Below, piece by piece: positions 9,245-18,749 of a DNA stretch of 64,000 bases. The notes under the pieces are model-generated. The model was not told the origin of the DNA. It did no database searches and saw only the letters and a list, made by a program, of their open reading frames with translations. Made by a program: the position numbers and the translations under genes. Origin of the DNA: an uncultured Clostridia bacterium (lineage in GTDB: Bacteria; Bacillota; Clostridia; Oscillospirales; Oscillospiraceae); contig CAMEER010000004.1 of the NCBI GenBank assembly GCA_945915065.1, positions 5,360 through 69,359 on the forward strand, written 5' to 3'. Within the stretch, counting starts at the first letter, position 1, and each line of letters opens with the position of its first letter.

Positions 9245-10125
9245 AAAAATCAGTAAAGATCACACTGCTCGTGGCGGCAGTGCTGGTGGGCCTTGGCCTG
9301 TGTATCGCCGTGGTGGGAGTCCTGATGGGGGGACGGATCAGCGATTTGCGCAATACCTATTATGACGGCAGGGAATGGCATCACGGCGATGCACTTGACG
9401 GCAGCTACACGGGGGGAGAGATCCGTGTTCCCGCTGAAAGCATTACGGCGCTGAGCATCGACTGGGTGGCCGGAGATGTGAAGATCATGGTCACGGACGG
9501 AGAGGAGATCGTGGTGACGGAGCATGTCGACCGCGGCATTCCGGAGGAATACGCGCTGTGCGTGGAGGCGGATAACACGCTGCGCATCCGGTACAGTAAC
9601 GACGTTTGGGGGAACGACATGCCGGAGAAGGACTTGACGGTGCTTCTGCCCCGGACGGTGGCGGAGAACCTGACAGCGGTGGATCTCAGCGGCGTATCGG
9701 CGGATTTTGCGGTGGGTAAGCTGACTGTCCGGGACGCCTTCTCCTTTGACACCACCTCCGGAAAGCTGGAAATGCAGTCCATGAACGCGCCGCAGGCAAA
9801 GGCGACTGTCAGCAGCGTGTCCGGCAATGTGGAGCTGGACGGCAGCTTCCGGGAGGTTAAGGCCGGCAGCACCAGCGGGGAGATCGATCTGATGCTGCGC
9901 AATGCGCCGGCGGCGGTGGAGGTGAGCACCGTCAGCGGGGAGGTGGACGTGGAATTACCTGCCGGCACCGGCTTTACGCTGGATTACAGCACGGTGTCCG
10001 GTGAGCTGGAGTGTGATTTCCTGCTGACAAAGAGCGTTGACGGCAAATATGTGTGCGGCGACGGCGCTTGCCGTATGGAGGTCGGAACCACCAGCGGCAG
10101 CCTGTCAGTGGAGAGATTAGGATAA
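9241..10125 (+). CDS. DUF4097 beta-strand-repeat protein
   Basis: N-terminal TM; repeated S/T-x-S-G-x-V units; PadR-DUF1700-DUF4097 arrangement. Confidence 0.8.
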   Translation: MKKSVKITLLVAAVLVGLGLCIAVVGVLMGGRISDLRNTYYDGREWHHGDALDGSYTGGEIRVPAESITALSIDWVAGDVKIMVTDGEEIVVTEHVDRGIPEEYALCVEADNTLRIRYSNDVWGNDMPEKDLTVLLPRTVAENLTAVDLSGVSADFAVGKLTVRDAFSFDTTSGKLEMQSMNAPQAKATVSSVSGNVELDGSFREVKAGSTSGEIDLMLRNAPAAVEVSTVSGEVDVELPAGTGFTLDYSTVSGELECDFLLTKSVDGKYVCGDGACRMEVGTTSGSLSVERLG

Positions 10126-10126
10126 G

Positions 10127-10156
10127 AAAAAAGAGAGCCTTGCGGCTCTCTTTTTG
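10127..10156. terminator. Bidirectional terminator
   Basis: AAAAAAGAGAGCC-TTGC-GGCTCTCTTTTT. Confidence 0.85.
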
Positions 10157-10160
10157 ACGT

Positions 10161-10769
10161 TTACTTGTGCAGCAGGGGACTGAGGGGCTTGTAGATCAGG
10201 AAGCACAGCACCACATCCAGCGCACCCTTACACAGCGTAAAGGGAACGTTGAACACCAGCAGGCAGTTGAACAGGGCGTTGCTGCTGGGCATGTGGGCGA
10301 TGGAGCCCAGGATCTCCTCGTACATGCCGATGATGGCCTCCAGCGGCAGATTGTACAGCACCACATAGGCGGGGTAGACCAGGAAGTAGTTCAGGGGCAG
10401 ACTGATGACCGCCATGCCGACAGCGCCGGCAATGGAGCCCCACAGAGCACTGCGGCGGCTCTTGCTGCGCTTATAGATGATGCCGGCAATGACCACGAAC
10501 ACCGTGCCCAGCAGGAAATTGGACAACTCGCCCACGCCAGCGCTGGTGCCAAAGGGAAGGTGAAGGATATTCTTTACCAGCTGGATGGCGGCGCCGAAAA
10601 CGGGACCCAGAGAAAAGGTGCCCAGCAGGGCAGGCAGATCGGAGATGTCCAGCTTGATAAAGGGCGGGATCAGCGCGGGAATGGAGAATTCAATGAATTG
10701 CAGCACAAAGGCCACTGCCGTCAGCATGGCTGCCACGGCCAGATGGTGGGTTTTCTGTTTTTGCGTCAT
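10161..10769 (-). CDS. ribU: ECF transporter S component, riboflavin (RibU-type)
   Basis: FIKLDISDLPAL, GVGELSNF, FNVPFTLCKG; preceded by FMN riboswitch; ATG 10769 after AAGGAG. Confidence 0.88.
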   Translation of the reverse strand: MTQKQKTHHLAVAAMLTAVAFVLQFIEFSIPALIPPFIKLDISDLPALLGTFSLGPVFGAAIQLVKNILHLPFGTSAGVGELSNFLLGTVFVVIAGIIYKRSKSRRSALWGSIAGAVGMAVISLPLNYFLVYPAYVVLYNLPLEAIIGMYEEILGSIAHMPSSNALFNCLLVFNVPFTLCKGALDVVLCFLIYKPLSPLLHK

Positions 10770-10864
10770 AAAAAAAGACTCCTTTTCGATGATGTAACAC
10801 CCTTGGAAGTGATTGTCTCCCAAGGTGCACGCATCAAAAAAGAGCATTACAAAAATGCTGTACA

Positions 10865-10982
10865 CGCCTTCTCTCATCCAGACTATACTGTCGGTATCGG
10901 AATCACACCGATTCATGCTCACCCGCAGGCTCGCTCGCGGACTATACCGCCGGTGGGGAATTTCGCCCCGCCCCGAAGACAA
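10865..10982 (-). ncRNA. FMN riboswitch (RFN element)
   Basis: Minus strand TCTTCGGGGCGGGGCGAAATTCCCCACCGGCGGTATAGTCCGCGA...CCGACAGTATAGTCTGGATGAGAGAAG matches the RFN consensus. Confidence 0.96.
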
Positions 10983-11083
10983 ATGATCCAGTTGTGTTCG
11001 CCTGCTATGATACAACAAACGGCGACAAAAGGCAAGAGGTTTTTGCGAAAAGTTTTGCTCCGGTAGGGAAGCAGGTTATTTTA

Positions 11084-11122
11084 CAGCCAAGCTGGCTGTC
11101 CTTTCGGACAGCCAGCTTGGTT
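11084..11122 (-). terminator. Intrinsic terminator after acyl-CoA ligase
   Basis: GCCAAGCTGGCTGTCC-TTTC-GGACAGCCAGCTTGGT long stem. Confidence 0.7.
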
Positions 11123-11126
11123 AAGG

Positions 11127-12863
11127 TCATTCTGCGGAAGCGTCTTCCTTTTCCTTTGCGATCTTGGCAAGCTCCTCCTCTTCCAGCACGCGGTAGGCCA
11201 CCTTGCCCACCAGTGTCTTGGGCAGCTCGTCACGGAACTCGATGTCATAGGGCATGGCGTACTTGGCCACATGCTTGCGGCAATAGCCCAGCAGCGCTTC
11301 ACGGGTGGCGTCGCTGGCCTCCACGCCGGGCTTGAGCATCACAAAGGCTTTCACCTTCTGCATCTTATAGGCGTCGGGTACGCCGATGACGCAGCTCATC
11401 TGCACCATGTCGTTGGCATCCAGAATATTTTCGATCTGGCCGGGATACACGTTGTAGCCGGAGGAAATGATCATGCGCTTGGCGCGGCCCCGGAAATAGA
11501 TGAAGCCCTGCTCATCCATAATACCCAGATCGCCGGTATATACCCATGTCAGGCCGTCATTGTGCTTGCGCAGGGTCTTGGCCGTCTCCTCGGGGTGGTT
11601 CATATACTCCTTCATGACGGTGGGGCCGGCCAGCAGGATCTCGCCCTCTTCACCATAGGGCAGCTCCTCGTCGGTGCCGGGCTTGACGATCTTGATATAG
11701 GTATCGGGGAAGGGCAGGCCGATGGAGCCCTCCTTGTAGATGTGGGTGGGTGTCAGGCAGCAGGCGGTAACGGTTTCGGTGGTGCCGTAGCCCTCCCGTA
11801 CCTGCACGACAGCCTTGTGGTCATACAGGAATTTGTCGAACTTCTTCTTCAGCTCGATGGACAGGCTGTCGCCGCCAGAGAATACGCCCTTGAGACTGCT
11901 GAGGTCGGCACCGTCCATGCTGGGCAGACGCAGCAGAGCTTCGTACAGCGTCGGTACGCCGGCAATGAAGTTGCACTTGTACTTGACGATCTGCTTGGCG
12001 TAGCTCTTGGCGGTGAAACGGGGGATCAGGATGCAGCGTCCGCCCTGGGCCAGCATGGAGTGGACGCACACGCCCAGTCCGAAGCCGTGGAACAGGGGCA
12101 TGGCGGCCAGCATCCGGTCGCCGGGCCGGAACATGGGGTTGGTGGCGACGATCTGCTGGCTGAGGGCGTTGAAGTTGCCGTTGGTCAGCACGATGCCCTT
12201 GGTGGTGCCGGTGGTGCCGCCGGAGTAGAGGATCACCGCCGGATCGTCATAGCTGCGCTCCACCCGGTAGTTCTTATAGAAGCAGAACCGGGACATGTCC
12301 ATGAACTCCTTCCAGCGGATCACAGGCGCGTCATCGGGGATCTTCTGGATCTTGCGCCCCTCGGTCAGCATATAGCCGGCCCGGATGGTGCGGGACAGGG
12401 CGTCCTTCACCGAGGCGATGATGATGTTGATGATGCCGGTGTTCTGGCGGATATGCTCGAACTTGTCATAGAACTGATCCAGCGTGATGGCGGTAGTGGA
12501 TTGGGATTCGTTGAGATAAAATTCGATCTCCTTCTCCGCCGACAGGGGATGGATCATGTTGGCAATGCCGCCCACCAGATTGACGGCGTAGAACATGTAG
12601 ATGGCCTGGGGGCAGTTGGGCATGGCGATGGTAATCTTATCGCCGGGGCGCACGCCCAGAGTCTTCAGACTCTTGGCGCAGCGCTCGATCTCCTGCACCA
12701 TCTTTTTGTATGTAGTGGACTTGCCCATAAAGTCAAAGGCAATATTGTTGGGATACTGCTCGGCGATGCGGGCCACTGCTTCAAACATACTGCCCTGGAA
12801 ATAGTCCAGATGCATGGGCACGTCGCCCATATAGTCTTTCCACGGGGTTTTGACTTCACTCAT
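11127..12863 (-). CDS. AMP-forming (long-chain) acyl-CoA synthetase
   Basis: YSGGTTGTTKG P-loop, EGYGTTE, TGDLG, LPKTLVGKV. Confidence 0.92.
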   Translation of the reverse strand: MSEVKTPWKDYMGDVPMHLDYFQGSMFEAVARIAEQYPNNIAFDFMGKSTTYKKMVQEIERCAKSLKTLGVRPGDKITIAMPNCPQAIYMFYAVNLVGGIANMIHPLSAEKEIEFYLNESQSTTAITLDQFYDKFEHIRQNTGIINIIIASVKDALSRTIRAGYMLTEGRKIQKIPDDAPVIRWKEFMDMSRFCFYKNYRVERSYDDPAVILYSGGTTGTTKGIVLTNGNFNALSQQIVATNPMFRPGDRMLAAMPLFHGFGLGVCVHSMLAQGGRCILIPRFTAKSYAKQIVKYKCNFIAGVPTLYEALLRLPSMDGADLSSLKGVFSGGDSLSIELKKKFDKFLYDHKAVVQVREGYGTTETVTACCLTPTHIYKEGSIGLPFPDTYIKIVKPGTDEELPYGEEGEILLAGPTVMKEYMNHPEETAKTLRKHNDGLTWVYTGDLGIMDEQGFIYFRGRAKRMIISSGYNVYPGQIENILDANDMVQMSCVIGVPDAYKMQKVKAFVMLKPGVEASDATREALLGYCRKHVAKYAMPYDIEFRDELPKTLVGKVAYRVLEEEELAKIAKEKEDASAE

Positions 12864-13731
12864 AGCGCACTTCCTCCTTCAAAGGCTTTTCCAATTCTTC
12901 CGGGTGCTCCAGCAGGTACTTCAGCAGCCGCACCGACTTGGAGTAGTAGTAGCCGTCTGCCAGCCGCTCGTCGATGGTCAGGCCCAGATCCAGCGTCTCT
13001 TTCATGACTACATAGCCGTTTTCGTCAAAGAAGGGAGACATCTTCTTCTCGCCGATGATACAAAACAGGGAACAGGTGCCCCAGTTGGTCAGGTGGTGAT
13101 AGCCGCACTTGAGCTTGATGGAGCCCAGATTGGACAGCACCACGGAGCTGTAATAGGGGTCGGTGGCCACCATGTCCTTGGGTACCCAGCCGTGCTTGTC
13201 CAGAAACATGATGAACTTGACGGCGGCTTTGCCCAACCAGCGGGGCAGCTTATTGAGAATATCCATGTTCTCCGTGGAGGAATCCACCTTCTCACTGCGG
13301 CACTCCTGTACCTGCGAGCGGATGTACTCATGTACATCCTCCACGGTAAAGTCCTCCTTACTGTGAAGGAAGGCCAGCGCCTCCGCGCCCTTGTCAGAGA
13401 ACTGCTTTTTCACCACAAAAGCGGCGGAAATCTCGTTGCGCTGATAGAAATTGCTGTTGACGATGAAGCGGTTCAGCTTCGGCCGCAGCGTGATGGTTTT
13501 CAGCAGCGCCGTCACGATCAGGTGGAATATGGTGTAGGGGAAGTCTTTCTCCGTCTCGTTCTTCCTGGCAAGAAATGCGTTGATCGCGGTCAGGTCGACA
13601 CGCTCGGAGATGTACGCCTCGTTATCACAGCGGTTGGGATAGATAATGCCGGTGATGAAGTGGAGTGAATCCAGTTCACGCAGCAGCTTTCCGTCCCGGC
13701 GGTCGCCTATACGGCGTTTTTGTTGTTCCAT
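12856..13731 (-). CDS. Stand-alone 2-oxoacid dehydrogenase E2-like acyltransferase catalytic domain
   Basis: RPKLNRF, VLSNLGS, LTIDERLADG (cf. DHRxxDG); no lipoyl domain; ATG 13731 after AAGGAG. Confidence 0.75.
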   Translation of the reverse strand: MEQQKRRIGDRRDGKLLRELDSLHFITGIIYPNRCDNEAYISERVDLTAINAFLARKNETEKDFPYTIFHLIVTALLKTITLRPKLNRFIVNSNFYQRNEISAAFVVKKQFSDKGAEALAFLHSKEDFTVEDVHEYIRSQVQECRSEKVDSSTENMDILNKLPRWLGKAAVKFIMFLDKHGWVPKDMVATDPYYSSVVLSNLGSIKLKCGYHHLTNWGTCSLFCIIGEKKMSPFFDENGYVVMKETLDLGLTIDERLADGYYYSKSVRLLKYLLEHPEELEKPLKEEVRYE

Positions 13732-13927
13732 ATGTGTATGTAACTCCTTTTCAGTCGGTTGGGATAGATATGCCAATAACAAACCATTCTGTATTATAGC
13801 CATGTATTTTTTATTTGTCAAATTAGCGAAAAAGCGATTGCATTCGCAAAGAATATGTGTTACCATTGAGGTACAGAAAAGTGAAAAATGTCCGCTATTC
13901 ACGAACAAATGTGAGGGAGGAGCCATC

Positions 13928-15124
13928 ATGCTGACCATGGAAATGCTGCAAGACGCCCAGCGCGTACTGTCCGGCGTCATCAACAAAACGCCCGTTATCC
14001 CCAGCACCGGTATCACTCAGGACTGCCGTTTGTTTTTAAAGGCGGATTGCCTGCAAAAGACCGGCGCGTTCAAGCTGCGTGGCGCGTATTACAAGATCGC
14101 CACCCTCAGCGATGAGGAGAAGCGCCGGGGCGTCATCGCCTGCAGTGCCGGAAACCACGCCCAGGGCGTGGCGTATGCCGCCAGGGACATGGGGATCCAC
14201 GCCGTCATCTGTATTCCCGCGGGCGCACCGCTGTCCAAGATCGAGGCCACCCGCAGCTACGGCGCGGAGGTGGTGCTGGTGCCCGGCGTGTACGACGACG
14301 CCTATGCCGAGGCGATCCGTCTGCGGGATGAAAAGGGCTATACCTTCATTCATCCCTTCAATGATTACAGCATTATGGCCGGTCAGGGCACCATCGGTCT
14401 GGAGATCCTGGAGCAGCTGCCGGAGGTTGATGTGATCGTCACCGCCATCGGCGGCGGCGGGCTGATCTCCGGCGTGGCCAGAGCTGTCAAAGAGCTGAAG
14501 CCTTCCTGCCAGGTGATCGGCGTACAGGCAGAGGGCGCCGCCAGCATGTACGAGGCGCTGCGGCAGGATAAAATCATCACGCTGCCCAAGGTGGGCACCA
14601 TAGCCGACGGGATTCAGGTCAAGACGGCCGGTGAGCTGACCTTTGACATGTGCCGCAAATATGTGGATAAGGTAGTCACCGTCAGCGAGAGCGAGATCGC
14701 CGCCGCGATCCTGACAATTCTGGAGAAGCAGAAGCTCATCACCGAGGGCGCCGGCGCCGTCAGCGTGGCGGCGGTGATGTCCGGCAAGATCGATGTAAGG
14801 GGAAAGACCGTCTGCGCGCTGCTGTCCGGCGGCAATGTGGATGTGACCATGCTGGAGCGTATCATCAAGCACGGCTTGACGGCGGAGGGCCGTATTGCCA
14901 GCTTCTCCACGGTACTGCCTGATCAGCCCAACGCGCTGGCGACCTATCTGGCGGTGCTGTCCCACGAGGGCGTCAACGTGCTGGAGGTGTACCACGAGCG
15001 CAGCAGCATGAAGGTGGGCGTCGGTTCCTGCCGCGTCCGCATGGTGGTGGAGACCCGTAATCACCAGCATATCCAGCAGCTGTACAGCTATCTGGCCGAA
15101 AAAGGATATACCATCAAGGAGTGA
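13928..15124 (+). CDS. ilvA: Threonine ammonia-lyase with C-terminal ACT domain
   Basis: QKTGAFKLRGA (PLP Lys), SAGNHAQG, IGGGGLISG, LSGGNVD. Confidence 0.93.
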   Translation: MLTMEMLQDAQRVLSGVINKTPVIPSTGITQDCRLFLKADCLQKTGAFKLRGAYYKIATLSDEEKRRGVIACSAGNHAQGVAYAARDMGIHAVICIPAGAPLSKIEATRSYGAEVVLVPGVYDDAYAEAIRLRDEKGYTFIHPFNDYSIMAGQGTIGLEILEQLPEVDVIVTAIGGGGLISGVARAVKELKPSCQVIGVQAEGAASMYEALRQDKIITLPKVGTIADGIQVKTAGELTFDMCRKYVDKVVTVSESEIAAAILTILEKQKLITEGAGAVSVAAVMSGKIDVRGKTVCALLSGGNVDVTMLERIIKHGLTAEGRIASFSTVLPDQPNALATYLAVLSHEGVNVLEVYHERSSMKVGVGSCRVRMVVETRNHQHIQQLYSYLAEKGYTIKE

Positions 15125-15200
15125 GCTTTTGCCGCTTGTGGGCGGAAAGTTTACATAATGCTTGGTCGGTTCATGGATACAGAAAACATACATAACAGTG

Positions 15201-15232
15201 AAAAGGCCCGCTGCGGATGCAGCGGACCTTTT
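15201..15232 (+). terminator. Intrinsic terminator
   Basis: AAAAGGCCCGCTGC...GCAGCGGACCTTTT. Confidence 0.7.
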
Positions 15233-15383
15233 GCGTGGTTATGCTCCTTCGCTCCGCAGGGTATCCCTGGCCCGCATGAGGGCGCGGCCCAGGATGCTCT
15301 CTCCCTGCCATTGGGCAACGCTCCGCCTTGTCATTCCGGCGAAAAGGTGGTATGATTGACAAAAAAGCCGAGGAGGTGTGCCG

Positions 15384-15896
15384 ATGGATATTCCCGCACG
15401 CTGCCGTGACGCAGGCGGCTATCTGATCCGCCAGCACCTGATGACCGATATTCCCTACGGCTGCCGCACGGTGGCCAAAAAGGGGTGCGGCTTCATGGCG
15501 GTGTACAACGCCGCCAGATACTTCGCCCAGCCGGTTACGGAGACGGAGGTATGGCAGTTTTTCCATGACCATGTGTTCCTGCGGGGCATTATGGGGACCG
15601 GTATCGGTGACATCTGCCGGGGGGTGTACCGGTTCGGGATGAAGGTTACGGGATTGCGGTATCGTGATCTGAAGCGTGCCAAGGCCGGTATCCTGTGGTA
15701 TCACACTGGAAGCTCCCGCCACTATGTACTGGTACGCCGGTGCGATGACGGGCGCTATGCCTTTCCCAACTCCTCCGCACCGGAGCCGATGTTTTTTCCG
15801 GACTTTTACAACAAATACGTCAAGCATCTGCGCCTGAAGTCGCTGCACATGGATCTGCCCATCATGTTTACCCTGACGCTGGAGAGACGCAAATGA
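15384..15896 (+). CDS. Putative papain-fold (C39-like) cysteine peptidase
   Basis: Q...YG..T...GCG..A..N, then HYVLV and FPNS (Cys-His-Asn order); GGAGG RBS. Confidence 0.55.
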   Translation: MDIPARCRDAGGYLIRQHLMTDIPYGCRTVAKKGCGFMAVYNAARYFAQPVTETEVWQFFHDHVFLRGIMGTGIGDICRGVYRFGMKVTGLRYRDLKRAKAGILWYHTGSSRHYVLVRRCDDGRYAFPNSSAPEPMFFPDFYNKYVKHLRLKSLHMDLPIMFTLTLERRK

Positions 15897-15967
15897 GCGA
15901 ATGCCGGACTGCCGGAGGAAATAACAGCATGGCAGCCATGTACCGCAAAACCATTGCCGGGAGGAAA

Positions 15968-16510
15968 ATGCCGATGCCGGATACCGGAAAGAGAGACAAA
16001 ATCATCACGCTGGCAAACGCTTTGACGGCGGCGCGGATACTCTGCGCCGCCGTACTGTTCTGCGTGCCGCCGCTGTCCGCCGCATTCCGGGTGATATACG
16101 CACTCGGCGGCATTACCGATATGCTGGACGGCCCAGCCGCCCGGCATGCCGGGGCGGTTTCTGCCTTTGGCGCGAAACTGGACAGCGCAGCAGATCTGAT
16201 ATTCCTGATCGCTGCGGCTGTGGGAATCCTTCCCGCCCTGTGGCTGCTGCTTCCGGCGGCGGTCTGGTACGCCGCGGCGACCATCGGGCTGCTGCGGCTG
16301 TGTACCGGTGCGGTGAGCGCAATCAAGCTTCATCGGTTCACAGCGGCCCACACGGGACTCAACAAGCTGTCTGGTTTGCTGTTGTTTGCGCTGCCGTTTC
16401 TGCTGCACTGGCAGGGGATCATATGGTACGCCGCAGGGGTGTGTATGATTTGCGGGGCAGCGACTGTTGAGGAGTTGATACTGTGCCTGACAGGACGGCT
16501 TCGGTCTTAA
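15968..16510 (+). CDS. CDP-alcohol phosphatidyltransferase family protein
   Basis: ANALTAAR, DMLDGPAAR...GAKLDSAAD signature; start 15968 or 15974. Confidence 0.88.
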   Translation: MPMPDTGKRDKIITLANALTAARILCAAVLFCVPPLSAAFRVIYALGGITDMLDGPAARHAGAVSAFGAKLDSAADLIFLIAAAVGILPALWLLLPAAVWYAAATIGLLRLCTGAVSAIKLHRFTAAHTGLNKLSGLLLFALPFLLHWQGIIWYAAGVCMICGAATVEELILCLTGRLRS

Positions 16511-16782
16511 CCTGTGCTTGCCTGATACATGACCGCCAGGCCCCGCAGCAGCCCGCTGGCGTCGGCGCCCGTCAGTACCATTACCAGCACCACAAGTCCG
16601 AATACGGTTCCCATAAAAGCGCCGGCGCTTACGCCGTACAGCGCTCCGGCCACTACAATGGGCACTAATGTCAGCGTAATGGGGAAACCGCCGAAGCGGA
16701 TAAAGGTTGCCATGATCTGCAATACTGCGATCAGTGCGGCCAGCATAGCAAACGCTGTGATACGGCGGGTATTCGTTTTCAT
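16507..16782 (-). pseudogene. Truncated ECF S component (PanT-like N-terminal half)
   Basis: AMLAAL...FPITLTLVPIVVAGALYG...GAFMGTVFG; good RBS but only 91 aa, ending at the stop of the convergent gene. Confidence 0.65.
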
Positions 16783-16943
16783 TTGTCAAAACCTCCTGCT
16801 GTCGCTCCACGTCATGATGGATGCAACGCAAATTTTCGGACAGTATACATGACGGCAGAGGGCCTGTCTATCGCGGTTGCGTAAAATCTGCGTAAAATCT
16901 GCATCGGCCTGCTCCCGGTGCGGATTTTTTCTGATAAAACAAA

Positions 16944-17008
16944 TTACCTATTGACGAAATAGGTAAAACGTGCTATCATCTAATTAACCCATAAAATAAG
17001 TAGGTAAA
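16944..17008 (+). promoter_or_regulatory. iscS promoter with palindromic operator (Rrf2/IscR-CymR-type candidate)
   Basis: TTACCTATT-N5-AATAGGTAA (16944-16966) overlaps -35 TTGACG; -10 TATCAT; second degenerate copy ending TAGGTAA near 17000. Confidence 0.65.
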
Positions 17009-17063
17009 TAATTTACAAAAATAAGAAGATACTGATCAGAGAATAGATGACAGGAGGAACGCT

Positions 17064-18251
17064 ATGCAGATCTATGCAGATAACGCAGCCACGACGAAAA
17101 TGAGCCGAACGGCCATCGACGCGATGCTGCCCTATATGGAAACCTATTACGGAAATCCCTCCAGCCTGCACACCGTGGGCCAGCAGGCGGCGGAAGCGCT
17201 GCAGAAGGCCCGGGAGACCGCCGCGGCCTGTCTTGGCTGCCAGCCCCGTGAGATCACCTTTACCTCCGGCGGCAGCGAGGCCGACAATCAGGCCACTGTT
17301 TCCGCTGCCCGCATCGGCGCGCGGAAAGGGAAGAAGCACATCATTTCCACAGCTTTTGAGCATCATGCCGTGCTGCATACGCTGAAAAAGCTGGAAAACG
17401 AGGGCTATGAGGTGCAGCTGCTGGATGTAGGCCCCACTGGTACCGTTACGGCGCAGCAGGTGGCGGATGCCATCCGGGAGGACACCTGCCTTGTGACCAT
17501 CATGTACGCCAACAACGAGATCGGTTCCATCATGCCGATTCCGGAGATCGGCGCTGTGTGTCAGGAAAGGGGCGTACTGTTCCACACCGACGCGGTGCAG
17601 GCGGCGGGCCATCTTCACATTGACGTGAAGGCCCAGCATATCGATATGCTGTCCCTGTCCGCCCACAAGTTCCACGGCCCCAAGGGCGTGGGTCTGCTGT
17701 ACGCCCGTCAGGGGATTCCCCTGACCAACATCATCGAGGGCGGCGCGCAGGAGCGCGGCAAGCGGGCCGGCACGGAGAATATCGCCGGTATCGTATCCAT
17801 GGCGGCGGCGCTGAAGGAGGCCTGCGACCATATCGACGAGAACGCTGTCAAGGTATCCGCGCTGCGGGACAAGCTGATCGCCGGACTGTCTGCCATTCCC
17901 CACGCGGCGCTCAACGGCGATCCCGTGAACCGCCTGCCCGGCAACGTGAACTTCTGCTTCGAGGGCATCGAGGGAGAGAGTATCCTGCTGCTGCTGGACG
18001 CCAAGGGTATCTGCGCCTCCTCCGGCAGCGCCTGCACTTCCGGGTCGTTGGATCCCAGCCATGTGCTGCTGGCCATCGGCCGGCCCCACGAGGTGGCCCA
18101 CGGCTCGCTGCGGCTGAGCCTGTGTGAGTGGAACACGGAGGAGGAAGTGGACTATATGCTTCAGGTCATCCCGGAAGTGGTGGCATATCTGCGAAGCATG
18201 TCCCCTGTATGGAAAGAGCTGGTCAGCGGTAAGCGCCAGTTTATGCTGTAA
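17064..18251 (+). CDS. iscS: Cysteine desulfurase
   Basis: YADNAATT, SAHKFHGPKG, SSGSACTSG. Confidence 0.96.
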   Translation: MQIYADNAATTKMSRTAIDAMLPYMETYYGNPSSLHTVGQQAAEALQKARETAAACLGCQPREITFTSGGSEADNQATVSAARIGARKGKKHIISTAFEHHAVLHTLKKLENEGYEVQLLDVGPTGTVTAQQVADAIREDTCLVTIMYANNEIGSIMPIPEIGAVCQERGVLFHTDAVQAAGHLHIDVKAQHIDMLSLSAHKFHGPKGVGLLYARQGIPLTNIIEGGAQERGKRAGTENIAGIVSMAAALKEACDHIDENAVKVSALRDKLIAGLSAIPHAALNGDPVNRLPGNVNFCFEGIEGESILLLLDAKGICASSGSACTSGSLDPSHVLLAIGRPHEVAHGSLRLSLCEWNTEEEVDYMLQVIPEVVAYLRSMSPVWKELVSGKRQFML

Positions 18252-18273
18252 CTACGGTAAAGGAGGAACGATC

Positions 18274-18708
18274 ATGGCTTTATATACCGATACGGTAATG
18301 GATCACTTCATGCATCCCCGGAATGTGGGCGAGATCCCCGATGCCGACGGCGTGGGCGAAGTGGGCAACGCCAAGTGCGGCGATATTATGAAGATGTACC
18401 TGAAGATCAAGGACAACGTCATTGAGGACGCCAAGTTTGAGACCTTCGGCTGCGGCAGCGCCATTGCCTCCAGCTCCATGGCCACGGAGCTGATCAAGGG
18501 CAAGACCATCGACGAGGCGCTGGCTGTCACCAACAAGCAGGTGGTGGAGGCATTGGGCGGACTGCCCGCCTATAAGCTGCACTGCTCGGTGCTGGCGGAG
18601 GAATCCATCAAGTCCGCCGTCAAGAATTATTACGACCGAAACAATATCCCCTACGATAAGTCCAAATTCCCCGATTGTGACGACTGTGAGGCCTGCCGCA
18701 TGGTCTGA
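18274..18708 (+). CDS. iscU: Fe-S cluster scaffold NifU/IscU
   Basis: DHFMHPRNVG, CGD, FGCGSAIAS, KLHCSVLA. Confidence 0.95.
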   Translation: MALYTDTVMDHFMHPRNVGEIPDADGVGEVGNAKCGDIMKMYLKIKDNVIEDAKFETFGCGSAIASSSMATELIKGKTIDEALAVTNKQVVEALGGLPAYKLHCSVLAEESIKSAVKNYYDRNNIPYDKSKFPDCDDCEACRMV

Positions 18709-18749
18709 ACGAATAACATCCCGAAAGCATGGTGCTTTCGGGATGTTCT

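Noticed and set aside
12856-15124. Overlapping N-terminal extensions in the ORF track for the E2-like gene and ilvA (similarly for alaS, ribU, M18 peptidase, DUF2974)
   Set aside because: Downstream ATGs have proper RBSs and match family N-termini; the extensions span promoters or riboswitches.
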